Assembly (NCBI GenBank): GCA_964364055.1
Contig: CAYILT010000002.1
Span: 1 to 58,026, forward strand
Direction of reading: 5' to 3'
Origin: an uncultured Nitrospiraceae bacterium
GTDB taxonomy: Bacteria > Nitrospirota > UBA9217
Length of the DNA: 58,026 nt
The notes beneath the pieces were generated by a model. It was not told where the DNA came from. It saw nothing but the letters and a program-made list of their open reading frames with translations, and made no database searches. Of this stretch, positions 28,682 through 36,512 are shown piece after piece; position 1 is the first letter of the stretch, and each line of letters opens with the position of its first letter. The translations under genes were made by a program, and so were the position numbers.

Positions 28682-29350
28682 ATTTTCCTCTCCTTACCGG
28701 CATAACGCCGCCGTGGGGAGCGCGTTTCACAGCGACCCTCACGACGCGCTTGTTAAGAATATTGCTTCTCTGGATATGGTATGCCCAGGTCTTTTGCAAT
28801 CAACTCAAAGCCTTTTTCATCTCTATATTCTTCGATATCCAGGCCGCTAGTGCGAACTTTCTGCCATGAAGAGCTTTTATCGTGGTGTTGTTTTATGTTC
28901 GAGTTTTTTCACGGACTTCCCCGGCCATTCCGAAAGCGGACATCCAGTGTTTTCGAAGTACTCTTGATGTCGGCTCCGACCCGGCATGACGGGGGAAAAA
29001 TATTAAAATACAAACACTACTTACCTTGCTTGTTGCTGGTATACTCCATTGCTTTCCCCGAAAGCTCCTCAACGCTTAAATTTTCTCAGAGCCCTTTTCT
29101 CCACTCCGTATAATCAAAGCACGTTAAAATCGAAACATACATTAGCGGTTCGGCGCGCTTGGGAAACACACCCTACGACTTCAATAATATATCGTAGGGA
29201 TCGTTCCCTGAACGGTCCGCAACGCTTCGTGATGTTTTATATTTACCTTGTCGCGGTACTATCCCGTCAGACGTCTTGAATGAAGCAGTTTATCAGACAA
29301 AATACGCTCCTGTAAATAAAATTCATCAACATTCACCGCAGCGTGCGCCG

Positions 29351-30742
29351 TCATTTGCCCTTCTCGCCTCTCACGATGAATACGGGATTCAGGGCGTTCA
29401 TCAGTTTTTTCCCCGCTACCGGCTTCGAACGCGAAACGGACACCTCGCATACGTCGGTCGTGAAACCACGTTGTTCGAGTGCGGCAACGCCGTCCCGGAG
29501 GGTTTCGAGCGTCGCGGCGTTGATCACGATGATCCCTGAACGCATCATCCCGCTCGCCAGTTCCACGATTGCCGCCAGCCTGCCGCCGCTGCCGCCGATA
29601 AAAACACGGTCCGGCGCGGGCAGGCCGGTCAGTTCCTCGGGCGCCGTCGCTTTCACGACCTCGATGTTCTTCACGCTGAACCGCCGCATGTTGTTGTTGA
29701 TGTGATTGACCTGATCTTCGTCCTTTTCCACGGCAAAGATCCGAAGACCGGGGAAAAGCCTCGCTGCCTCGATCGAGACCGAGCCGGAGCCCGCGCCGAT
29801 GTCCCAGAGCACGCCGCTCTGAGGAAGCTTCAACTTATGCAGCGTCACCGCCCGCACCTCATCTTTCGTGATCAGCCCGCGCGCATGGGACAGTTCTTCC
29901 TCTTTCAAGCCGAAACAGACCTCTCCTGGTCCCTGGACCCTGGCCCCTGGCCCCTGCCGTTGAATGATCACCACGTTCGGCTCGGCAAAGGTCATGCCTG
30001 CGGCCTCGTTGATCGTTCCCGTCCATACGCGCTCGTCAGGATATCCGAGTCGTTCGCAAACATGCATTATCATGCCGCCGGCAATCCCCCCTTGCCCCCC
30101 TTTGTCAAAGGGGGGTTGGGGGGATTTTACGATGCAGTTCAATAACTCTCCGGCAATTGCCGTCGGATTATTCACCCTGTCCGTGAGAATCGCAAGTTTG
30201 CGGTATTTTTCGAGCAGCCGGGGAATATCACCCGCTTCATAGGGCAGCTTTCGCCGCCTCGCGATATCCGGTCCGCCGTGCACGCTGATGCAGAACGCGT
30301 CGTCCCAGGGTTCGTTGATCCGGGCAAAGGCCTCCTGCATGCTCGACAGGTCGGGAATGATCTCGATCCGCTCCTTCCCGAACTCCTCGATCATGCGCCT
30401 TCCGATGCCGAAGAAGAAGGGATCGCCTGAGGCCAGGAGAACGAGAGAAGGCAGCTCGGATTGCGGAGCCTTCGACCCGAGCTCAGGCCGAGGGTTGCGG
30501 ATTGCGGATTGGGAAAACCATTCTTTGATATACGCTACAGTCTCCGGCACTTTATTGATGACCGTGATGCGTTCCTTGACCGCCTCGTATTCCTCATACC
30601 GCTTGAAGACATCAAAAAGCCGTGACGAAGCGAGGACCACGTCCGCCTTACGGACGATCTCCCGCGCCCGCCCTCCGAGCGGCCGGTATCCGATCCCGAC
30701 AAGAGTGAGTTTATTCGCTTTCGGCAATGAGCTCTCCTTCAT
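29351..30742 (-). CDS. cbiET: CbiE-CbiT fusion (cobalt-precorrin-7 C5-methyltransferase / cobalt-precorrin-6B C15-methyltransferase, decarboxylating)
   Basis: Start moved to MKESSLPKANKLTLVGIGYRP. C-terminal half has ITKDEVRAVTLHKLKLPQSGVLWDIGAGSGSVSIEAA (CbiT). Confidence 0.85.
   Translation of the reverse strand: MKESSLPKANKLTLVGIGYRPLGGRAREIVRKADVVLASSRLFDVFKRYEEYEAVKERITVINKVPETVAYIKEWFSQSAIRNPRPELGSKAPQSELPSLVLLASGDPFFFGIGRRMIEEFGKERIEIIPDLSSMQEAFARINEPWDDAFCISVHGGPDIARRRKLPYEAGDIPRLLEKYRKLAILTDRVNNPTAIAGELLNCIVKSPQPPFDKGGQGGIAGGMIMHVCERLGYPDERVWTGTINEAAGMTFAEPNVVIIQRQGPGARVQGPGEVCFGLKEEELSHARGLITKDEVRAVTLHKLKLPQSGVLWDIGAGSGSVSIEAARLFPGLRIFAVEKDEDQVNHINNNMRRFSVKNIEVVKATAPEELTGLPAPDRVFIGGSGGRLAAIVELASGMMRSGIIVINAATLETLRDGVAALEQRGFTTDVCEVSVSRSKPVAGKKLMNALNPVFIVRGEKGK
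29923..29958. repeat. Heptanucleotide tract (CCCTGG[N]-type) inside cbiET
   Basis: CTCCTGGTCCCTGGACCCTGGCCCCTGGCCCCTGCC. Encodes QGPGARVQGPGE. Confidence 0.8.
30083..30126. repeat. Nested palindromic element inside cbiET
   Basis: AATCCCCCC-TTG-CCCCCCTTTG-T-CAAAGGGGGG-TTG-GGGGGATT. Encodes KSPQPPFDKGGQGGIA. Confidence 0.75.
30455..30513. repeat. Composite 60-bp element (heptamer arms plus GAGCTC-centred core), inverted orientation, inside cbiET
   Basis: CGGATTGCGGAGCCTTCGACCCGAGCTCAGGCCGAGGGTTGCGGATTGCGGATT. Encodes IRNPRPELGSKAPQSEL. Confidence 0.9.
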
Positions 30743-31940
30743 AGGACACAAGATGGACCGAGACGGCGGTCCCCTTCGCCTCCCGTTCACAGTAGCTCCG
30801 CGCCGCGGAACAGACCTTTTTCAATGCGGAGTCCGGAGCGGGGAACGTCGAGCGGATGAAATCAAATATCTCCCGCGACGTATTGTACGATGCGTCCCCC
30901 GGCAAACCGATCCCGAGCCCGATCAGGAAATCCCTCGCGGCCTCCGCCTCCAGCGCGCCGTGGCGCACATGGGTCTGGGGCGTGGCCATGGCGATCTTGA
31001 TCATTTTTGCCCACTGGGCGCAGAGGTGCACCTTGCTGAACCCGTGTTTCGCAGCGTCGCGCAGCGAGAATTCCGTGTAGTCGCCCATCATGGCATAGGC
31101 CTCCACGGGCAGGCCGTACTTCCGCTGATGGGCTTTCTCCGACGTCCTGCCGGTGGATATCACGGCCTCGGTCAGACCGAGCGCCTTCGCCACATCGAAA
31201 GACGCCGTAATGGTCGCCGTCCAGGCCGCCTCGGAAAGCGGCCTCACGATTCCGGTGGTGCCGAGGATCGATATGCCGCCGACGATGCCGAGCCGATGAT
31301 TCAGGGTCTTTTTCGCCAGCTCTTCTCCGGCAGGAACGGAGATGGTGACTTCCAATTGCGGATTGCGGATTGCGGATTGCGGATTTGCTAAACCGAACTC
31401 AGAAACCGCTTCGCGCACCGCATCAGTAATCATCCTCCTCGGCACAGGATTAATCGCCGGTTCTCCCACGGGGATCGCGAGGCCCGGTTTGGTCACGGTC
31501 CCAACACCCTTTCCGCCACGGATTATTATTTCGGATTGCGAATTTAAATCCGCAATCCGCAATCCGAAATCCGCAATCAGAGAGGCTTCCGCCCTTATCT
31601 CCGCACCGTTCGTGATGTCCGGATCATCGCCCGCGTCCTTGATCACGGACGCCGTTGAAATCAGTTCGGAGTGGTGAGTTCGGAGTTCGGAGTGATGAAC
31701 TTTGAACTGCACCCTGCTGCCGTCCGGAAATGGTATTTCTACACTTTGCAGGAAGACGGCCCCCTCACCTCGTTCCTCTCCCTCGCTGGGGAGAGGATGA
31801 AAAACTCCCTCGCCCCTTGCGGGAGAGGGCTGGGGTGAGGGGGAAATCCGCAATAGAAGGCTCGTTGCCGCCTTTGCAGCCGCTGCCGCGCACGCGCCGG
31901 TGGTGTATCCGGACCGGAGATTCTTACTTTTCGATTCCAC
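30711..31940 (-). CDS. cbiD: Cobalt-precorrin-5B C1-methyltransferase
   Basis: LRSGYTTGACAAAAAKAA N-terminus. Several repeat-encoded inserts. Confidence 0.88.
   Translation of the reverse strand: MESKSKNLRSGYTTGACAAAAAKAATSLLLRISPSPQPSPARGEGVFHPLPSEGEERGEGAVFLQSVEIPFPDGSRVQFKVHHSELRTHHSELISTASVIKDAGDDPDITNGAEIRAEASLIADFGLRIADLNSQSEIIIRGGKGVGTVTKPGLAIPVGEPAINPVPRRMITDAVREAVSEFGLANPQSAIRNPQLEVTISVPAGEELAKKTLNHRLGIVGGISILGTTGIVRPLSEAAWTATITASFDVAKALGLTEAVISTGRTSEKAHQRKYGLPVEAYAMMGDYTEFSLRDAAKHGFSKVHLCAQWAKMIKIAMATPQTHVRHGALEAEAARDFLIGLGIGLPGDASYNTSREIFDFIRSTFPAPDSALKKVCSAARSYCEREAKGTAVSVHLVSYEGELIAESE
31355..31388. repeat. Heptanucleotide tract (ATTGCGG)x4+ inside cbiD
   Basis: Encodes NPQSAIRNPQ. 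Confidence 0.85.
31531..31578. repeat. Inverted heptamer tracts forming a palindrome inside cbiD
   Basis: CGGATTGCGAATTT|AAATCCGCAATCCG (one mismatch), then AATCCGAAATCCGCAATC. Encodes IADFGLRIADLNSQSE. Confidence 0.8.
31664..31698. repeat. Heptamer-type tract (GTTCGGA) inside cbiD
   Basis: Encodes HHSELRTHHSEL. Confidence 0.7.
31761..31842. repeat. Compound G/C-rich palindromic element inside cbiD
   Basis: Outer arms CCCCTCACC / GGTGAGGGG enclose two hairpins, CCTCTCCC..GGGGAGAGG and CTCCCTCGCC..GCGGGAGAG. Encodes SPSPQPSPARGEGVFHPLPSEGEERGEG. Confidence 0.75.
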
Positions 31941-32442
31941 GCCGGGCCTGCACTCCCTGTTTGCTGTAATGTTTGATCTCCCGCATCTCCGTTACGAGGT
32001 CGGCCGCGTCGATCACCTTCTTGTCCGCGTACCGGCCCGTGATCACCAGCTCGACCCCTATCGGCTTGCTTTCGATCAGGCCCAGCAGGTTCTGGACCAG
32101 GACCAGTCCATGGTGAGCCGCCACGTTCGCCTCATCGAGGATCACCAGATCATATTCCCCGGAGAGAATCGCCTTTCGGGCGCTCTCGATCCCCTTTTGC
32201 GCCGCCTTGACATCCACCGCGGAAGGCTTTCTTCCCAGGATAAGGCCATTGCCAAACTGCCGGATCGTTATTATGCCGCCGAACGCCTCGAGGGCCGCAT
32301 GCTCGCCGCCTTTTCTCTTTTTGATGAACTGCGCGATGAACACACTGAGCCCTGCGCCTGCGGCACGGACCGCGAGCCCCAGCGCCGCCGTGGTCTTGCC
32401 CTTCCCATTTCCGGTATAAACCTGGATATATCCTCTATGCAT
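31924..32442 (-). CDS. cobO: Cob(I)yrinic acid a,c-diamide adenosyltransferase
   Basis: GYIQVYTGNGKGKTTAALGLAVRAAG; 172 aa. Confidence 0.9.
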   Translation of the reverse strand: MHRGYIQVYTGNGKGKTTAALGLAVRAAGAGLSVFIAQFIKKRKGGEHAALEAFGGIITIRQFGNGLILGRKPSAVDVKAAQKGIESARKAILSGEYDLVILDEANVAAHHGLVLVQNLLGLIESKPIGVELVITGRYADKKVIDAADLVTEMREIKHYSKQGVQARRGIEK

Positions 32443-33331
32443 GAGTGTCCTTCATTGTCTTAATGATCTCCCGCCGTGCCTCCCCGACGGTGAGCGGAAT
32501 CTTCTCAAAAGGCACCCCGTCCTCGTTCTTGAGCCGGTAGATCAGCTCCGCGATGTGGGGAAGTCTGAGCTTCACCTGCGCCATCTCCTCGGGCGCCGTG
32601 AACACCTCCGCCGGAGGACCGCTGCGCACGATCCGCCCCTTGCTCAAGATGTAAAGACGGTCGAGGAACAAGGGGACGAGGTCAACGCTATGGGTCGCCA
32701 TGACAATAGTCACCCCCTGCTCCCTGTTCAGTTTTGTCAGCAGGTCCATCATCTTGTATTCGCCCATGGGGTCCAGGCCCGCTGTCGGCTCATCAAGCAA
32801 CAGGATCTCATGCCCCATGGCCAGGAGCCCGGCAATGCAGATCCGTTTCTTCTGGCCGAAGCTGAGATGATGGATGGACTTCCTGGCGAAACCGTCCATG
32901 TCCACGGCATGGAGTGCACTGGCCACACGACGGGCAACCTCATCCTTTCCAAAGCCCATGTTCAGAGGGCCGAAAGCAACATCTTCAGACACCGTTGGAG
33001 CAAAGAGCTGGTCGTCAGGGTTCTGGAACACGAGACCGACCTTTTGATAGATCTGCTTTGGCGAGAGTTTTCGCACGTCCGCCCCATCAAGAAGGACCAT
33101 GCCTTTGTATTCTTTCATCAGTCCGTCCATGACCTTGAGGAGGGTAGTCTTGCCCGAACCATTCGATCCCAGAATGCCGGCGAACTCTCCTTTTCGCACC
33201 TCGAGCGCAATGCTGCCAAGCGCCTGAGTCCCGTCGGTGTAGGCAAAGGTGTCGATGGCAACCGACAAGCGAATATCCTCGCCCTTCTGACTTCTTACTT
33301 CTGGCTTCTGGCCTCTCTTTAGATCTTCCAT
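32435..33331 (-). CDS. cbiO: Cobalt ECF-transporter ATPase
   Basis: Walker A GSNGSGKTT, signature LSFGQKKR, Walker B LLLDEP. Sits within the cbiMNQO order. Confidence 0.88.
   Translation of the reverse strand: MEDLKRGQKPEVRSQKGEDIRLSVAIDTFAYTDGTQALGSIALEVRKGEFAGILGSNGSGKTTLLKVMDGLMKEYKGMVLLDGADVRKLSPKQIYQKVGLVFQNPDDQLFAPTVSEDVAFGPLNMGFGKDEVARRVASALHAVDMDGFARKSIHHLSFGQKKRICIAGLLAMGHEILLLDEPTAGLDPMGEYKMMDLLTKLNREQGVTIVMATHSVDLVPLFLDRLYILSKGRIVRSGPPAEVFTAPEEMAQVKLRLPHIAELIYRLKNEDGVPFEKIPLTVGEARREIIKTMKDTHA
33285..33316. repeat. Heptanucleotide tract (CTTCTG[R]) at the cbiO 5' end
   Basis: Encodes RGQKPEVRSQKGE. Confidence 0.8.
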
Positions 33332-34071
33332 AACACTCCCATGACCAGGAGCAAAAGCGCTGAAGCGAAGAGCTCCGATGATTTAAACGCCTTGTGCATG
33401 CGCATCGGCATGGCGCCGTCGTACCCCCGTTGGACCATGGCAACGGTGGTGCTCTGGCTGTTGTCAAAGGCCCTGATCGTCAGGGATCCCGCCAGCGTAC
33501 CGAACGAGCTCAACCCCCGCCCGATGGTGGAATAGCCGAGGCGGTTTTTCTGCGCCTGATAGATGACCTGCGCATCCTCAAAAAGCACAAAAATATTCCG
33601 GTAGGCGAACATCAAAATCTCGATAAAGCCCTTCGGGACCCTGAACCAGGAAAGGCCCGCCATGAATTCGGTAAAGGGCGTGGAGAAGCCCAGCACGGCA
33701 ACGATGGATACGGCGCCGATGATCCTGGTTCCGATGATCAGTCCTTCGCGAAGGCCGTCCCGGTGTCCGACGATCTCCGCGCCGAAGAGGTTCAGGGAAA
33801 AGAGCGCATCCTGCCCGGAGAAGAAGAATTTTAAGAGAAGTATGACGGCGGCAATGAACAGGGGCTCGTAAAATCTCAGAACAAGAGCGCGGAATGGTAT
33901 CCGCATCCTGATGAAGAGGAAAAGACAGAAGAGCGTTATCAGCATCGGAAAGGCGAACCCTGTATAGCTCAATACCATGATAAGCATAGTCAGGGCCGCA
34001 AGGAGCTTTACCCTCGCATCAACATTTGTGAGTATATGCTCGTGTTTTATATATTCGGTAAAAACATGCAT
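33319..34071 (-). CDS. cbiQ: Cobalt ECF-transporter T component
   Basis: 250-aa membrane protein in the cbiMNQO context. Confidence 0.85.
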   Translation of the reverse strand: MHVFTEYIKHEHILTNVDARVKLLAALTMLIMVLSYTGFAFPMLITLFCLFLFIRMRIPFRALVLRFYEPLFIAAVILLLKFFFSGQDALFSLNLFGAEIVGHRDGLREGLIIGTRIIGAVSIVAVLGFSTPFTEFMAGLSWFRVPKGFIEILMFAYRNIFVLFEDAQVIYQAQKNRLGYSTIGRGLSSFGTLAGSLTIRAFDNSQSTTVAMVQRGYDGAMPMRMHKAFKSSELFASALLLLVMGVLWKI

Positions 34072-34095
34072 TCAATTTTCCTTCTATTGTAAAAT

Positions 34096-34139
34096 GGTGG
34101 ATGCGCGAGCTGCCGGGAAAAGCAGGCCGCGCATCCACC
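34096..34139 (-). other. Intercistronic 12-bp perfect hairpin between cbiN and cbiQ
   Basis: GGTGGATGCGCG - 20 nt - CGCGCATCCACC. Confidence 0.6.
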
Positions 34140-34145
34140 GGCTCG

Positions 34146-34457
34146 TCAGGCGGTTGTTTTTCTTTCTCTTGTGGCTGCAGGCGCTTGTTCATGCATCAGT
34201 ATCCGCCAGTAATATCCAGCAACAAATCCCCCGGCCGCTCCCGCAATGAGAAATACGAAGAGCAGGAGATCGCCCTGGTCCGTATTGATCAATGGCTCGT
34301 GCGCTTCCCGGCCATGCTCTTTTGCGTATTTTTCAACGACCGACTCGTCGACACCCGGCCATTTTTCCGCCGCAGCGACGAGCGACGAGTGACTAACAAC
34401 AATAAATAATAGTATCAAGCAAATCCGCAATCCGCAATCCGCAATCCGCAATCTCAT
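34146..34457 (-). CDS. cbiN: Cobalt transport protein CbiN
   Basis: EKWPGVDESVVEKYAKEHGREAHEPLINTDQGDLLLFVFLIAGAAGGFVAGYYW. The N-terminus MRLRIADCGLRI is encoded by a heptamer tract. Confidence 0.85.
   Translation of the reverse strand: MRLRIADCGLRICLILLFIVVSHSSLVAAAEKWPGVDESVVEKYAKEHGREAHEPLINTDQGDLLLFVFLIAGAAGGFVAGYYWRILMHEQAPAATRERKTTA
34422..34453. repeat. Heptanucleotide tract (AATCCGC)x4.5 immediately after the cbiN start codon
   Basis: Encodes RLRIADCGLRI. Confidence 0.85.
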
Positions 34458-35221
34458 AGCGCCTCCTCTGCCTTGATGACCCTCATCTTGACAAGAAGAT
34501 CCGGCCTCTTCTTGTACAGCAGAACAACCATGCCCGCTGTCATTGCCCCTTCGAGAATTCCCAGCGGCAATTGCGTCGGTATAAAAGCAATAAGTATCTT
34601 ATAGAAAAGCGGCGGAAAAGAGGATTCGCCCCTTATACCTGAAGCAAGTTCCGCAGAGGTGGCGAGGTATGTCGCCCAGTCGGCAAAAAGCCCGGCCATG
34701 AAGCCTGCGACCGCCATGTTGACCTTTATTGAGCGCAATGCCCTGAACGTTAAATATCCTGCAAAGGAGCCCACAATACCCATGGATACGATGTTTGCCC
34801 CCCATGTACTTAAGCCCCCATGCGAGAGAAAAAGCGCCTGAATGAGGAGAGCCACCGCGGCAATCAGTATGCTGATGGCGGGTCCAAGCAGAATGCCTGA
34901 AATACCGGTCCCGCATGGATGCGAGCAAGTGCCCGCGGTCGGCACCGGGATGGGCATGCAGGATATTATGAACACCACCGCCGCCATCAGACCGACAAGC
35001 GGCTTAAAGGACAGGTCATCCTTTGATAGTTTTTTTAACCGATATAAACCGAATGCCACAAATGGTATGGCAACAGCAAACCAGAGCGTCGCCCACTTGA
35101 AAGGCAGTATCCCCTCTGTTATGTGCATTGCATAAGCGTTGCCTGCTGACAGCAAGTAACCCATGAACACAAGAACCAAAGATTGAATTGTTGTTTTTAA
35201 TTTTTTGTTTACTGTTAACAT
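34454..35221 (-). CDS. cbiM: Cobalt ECF-transporter S component CbiM
   Basis: Start moved to MLTVNKK. Signal peptide followed by the mature N-terminus MHITEGILP. Confidence 0.88.
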   Translation of the reverse strand: MLTVNKKLKTTIQSLVLVFMGYLLSAGNAYAMHITEGILPFKWATLWFAVAIPFVAFGLYRLKKLSKDDLSFKPLVGLMAAVVFIISCMPIPVPTAGTCSHPCGTGISGILLGPAISILIAAVALLIQALFLSHGGLSTWGANIVSMGIVGSFAGYLTFRALRSIKVNMAVAGFMAGLFADWATYLATSAELASGIRGESSFPPLFYKILIAFIPTQLPLGILEGAMTAGMVVLLYKKRPDLLVKMRVIKAEEAL

Positions 35222-35247
35222 TTTTTCTCCTTCTATCGAGGTTTTTT

Positions 35248-35398
35248 GGAATGAACGGTATTCCGGCTCAGGGCTCAAACCTACTTGCCCGTCTTCCCAT
35301 CATGATGGCACTCATGACAGTGACTTCGTATGGGCTTTCGTTCCCTTTACGGCTGCGGGACAGCATGGGGATTTCACCCATTTCCTCTCTTTCATTCC
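35248..35398 (-). promoter_or_regulatory. Cobalt-transport leader cobalamin riboswitch (cbiMNQO leader)
   Basis: Minus-strand RNA has GGUGAAAUCCCCAUGCUGUCCCGCAGCCGUAAAGGGAACG, GUCACUG, GGGAAGA and the B12 box AGCCGGAAUACCGU. Confidence 0.8.
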
Positions 35399-35515
35399 TT
35401 TCATGAACGTTCTCACATCAAAGACCTGATGATACATGATTACTATTGTGTTTTTTTATCCGCCACCTCCTTTTCCCTCCCCTGATAATGTGTCGTGTAT
35501 TCATTCGGCATCCCG

Positions 35516-36286
35516 CTAAAATCTGAACGCCGCTCCCGCCAGCAGGGATAGATCGGTCTCGGACGAGGTCAGGCCATACTTGACGCCGGCATCGAGATCA
35601 ATATTCCCGGTGACCGAATAGATAACACCGCCGATAAGAAAAGCGGGGTCATTGTCAGCGGTCTTGTCCGGGTTTTTCTCCATGCCGATGTTCCCGACGA
35701 GCTTCAGGTCTTTGATGACCTCATAGGTCGTTGCCAAAGAGACATGCCGGAGGTTCTTCTCCTCATCAAACTTGTTCTCGTTCCTGATGTATCCGAGGTT
35801 CGCATGAAAGGCCCACGGAGCAGCCTCTTTCGAGCCGATCAAAAAAACGTGGTAGCCGCTTTTCCCGGCGCCGAGTCCCTTTTCATCATTGCCGGTCGGC
35901 AAACTGACGCCGGGTTTCAGACCGAAACTGAGCCCGTCCTTTTCGAAGAACCGCCACTTGACCTCGAATGAAATGTCCGAAAATCCTTTTTCGTCATACA
36001 CGGAAACTCCATCTTCCGTGACCTTGCCCCACACATAGGGCAGGTTAAGAACCAGGTCGGCATTTTCGATGACGCCATAGGACAGTGTTGCTCCAGCCTG
36101 TCCGCCCGTCGACTTTATGGGCGCGCCGTTGACCGTCTCCTTGTCGGAATCATACTGGTCGTTCACCTCAAGTTGAAACTTTCCCTTCCCCTGCGTACCG
36201 GTGTCATCGGTAATCAAGGGATGGGCGGCAAATGCAAGCCCGTACCACAAAACCATAACAACCACTGCAATGATTTTACTGAACAT
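35516..36286 (-). CDS. Outer-membrane beta-barrel protein (MetA/phenol-degradation-type 'transporter' family)
   Basis: Signal peptide, HPLITDDTGTQGKGKFQLE start of barrel, C-terminal ...AGAAFRF. Has its own cobalamin riboswitch. Confidence 0.65.
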   Translation of the reverse strand: MFSKIIAVVVMVLWYGLAFAAHPLITDDTGTQGKGKFQLEVNDQYDSDKETVNGAPIKSTGGQAGATLSYGVIENADLVLNLPYVWGKVTEDGVSVYDEKGFSDISFEVKWRFFEKDGLSFGLKPGVSLPTGNDEKGLGAGKSGYHVFLIGSKEAAPWAFHANLGYIRNENKFDEEKNLRHVSLATTYEVIKDLKLVGNIGMEKNPDKTADNDPAFLIGGVIYSVTGNIDLDAGVKYGLTSSETDLSLLAGAAFRF

Positions 36287-36311
36287 AGTATTCTCCTTTA
36301 TTCGAGGTTTT

Positions 36312-36450
36312 GGGAATGAGAGGTCTTCCGGCTCAGGGCTGCCTACTCACCCGCCTTCCCATCATGGGACTCCATGACAGTGGCTTTTGCATCGGGTTTT
36401 CGTTCCCTTCACGGCTGCGTGACAGCAGGGGAGTTGCACCCCTTTCCGCT
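36312..36450 (-). promoter_or_regulatory. Cobalamin riboswitch (leader of the outer-membrane barrel gene)
   Basis: GGUGCAACUCCCCUGCUGUCACGCAGCCGUGAAGGGAACG, GCCACUG, GGGAAGG and the B12 box AGCCGGAAGACCUC. Confidence 0.8.
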
Positions 36451-36512
36451 TCATCCTTCCCGGTTTTTATTACACAACAACCTTATGCCGCAAAATCCAC
36501 TGTTGCACTATA

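Noticed and set aside
28700-29110. Short minus-strand reading frames such as [36 protein letters not shown] and [37 protein letters not shown]
   Set aside because: They are below 40 codons, in different frames, and match no recognisable family. They may be gene remnants, but this is not supportable from sequence alone.
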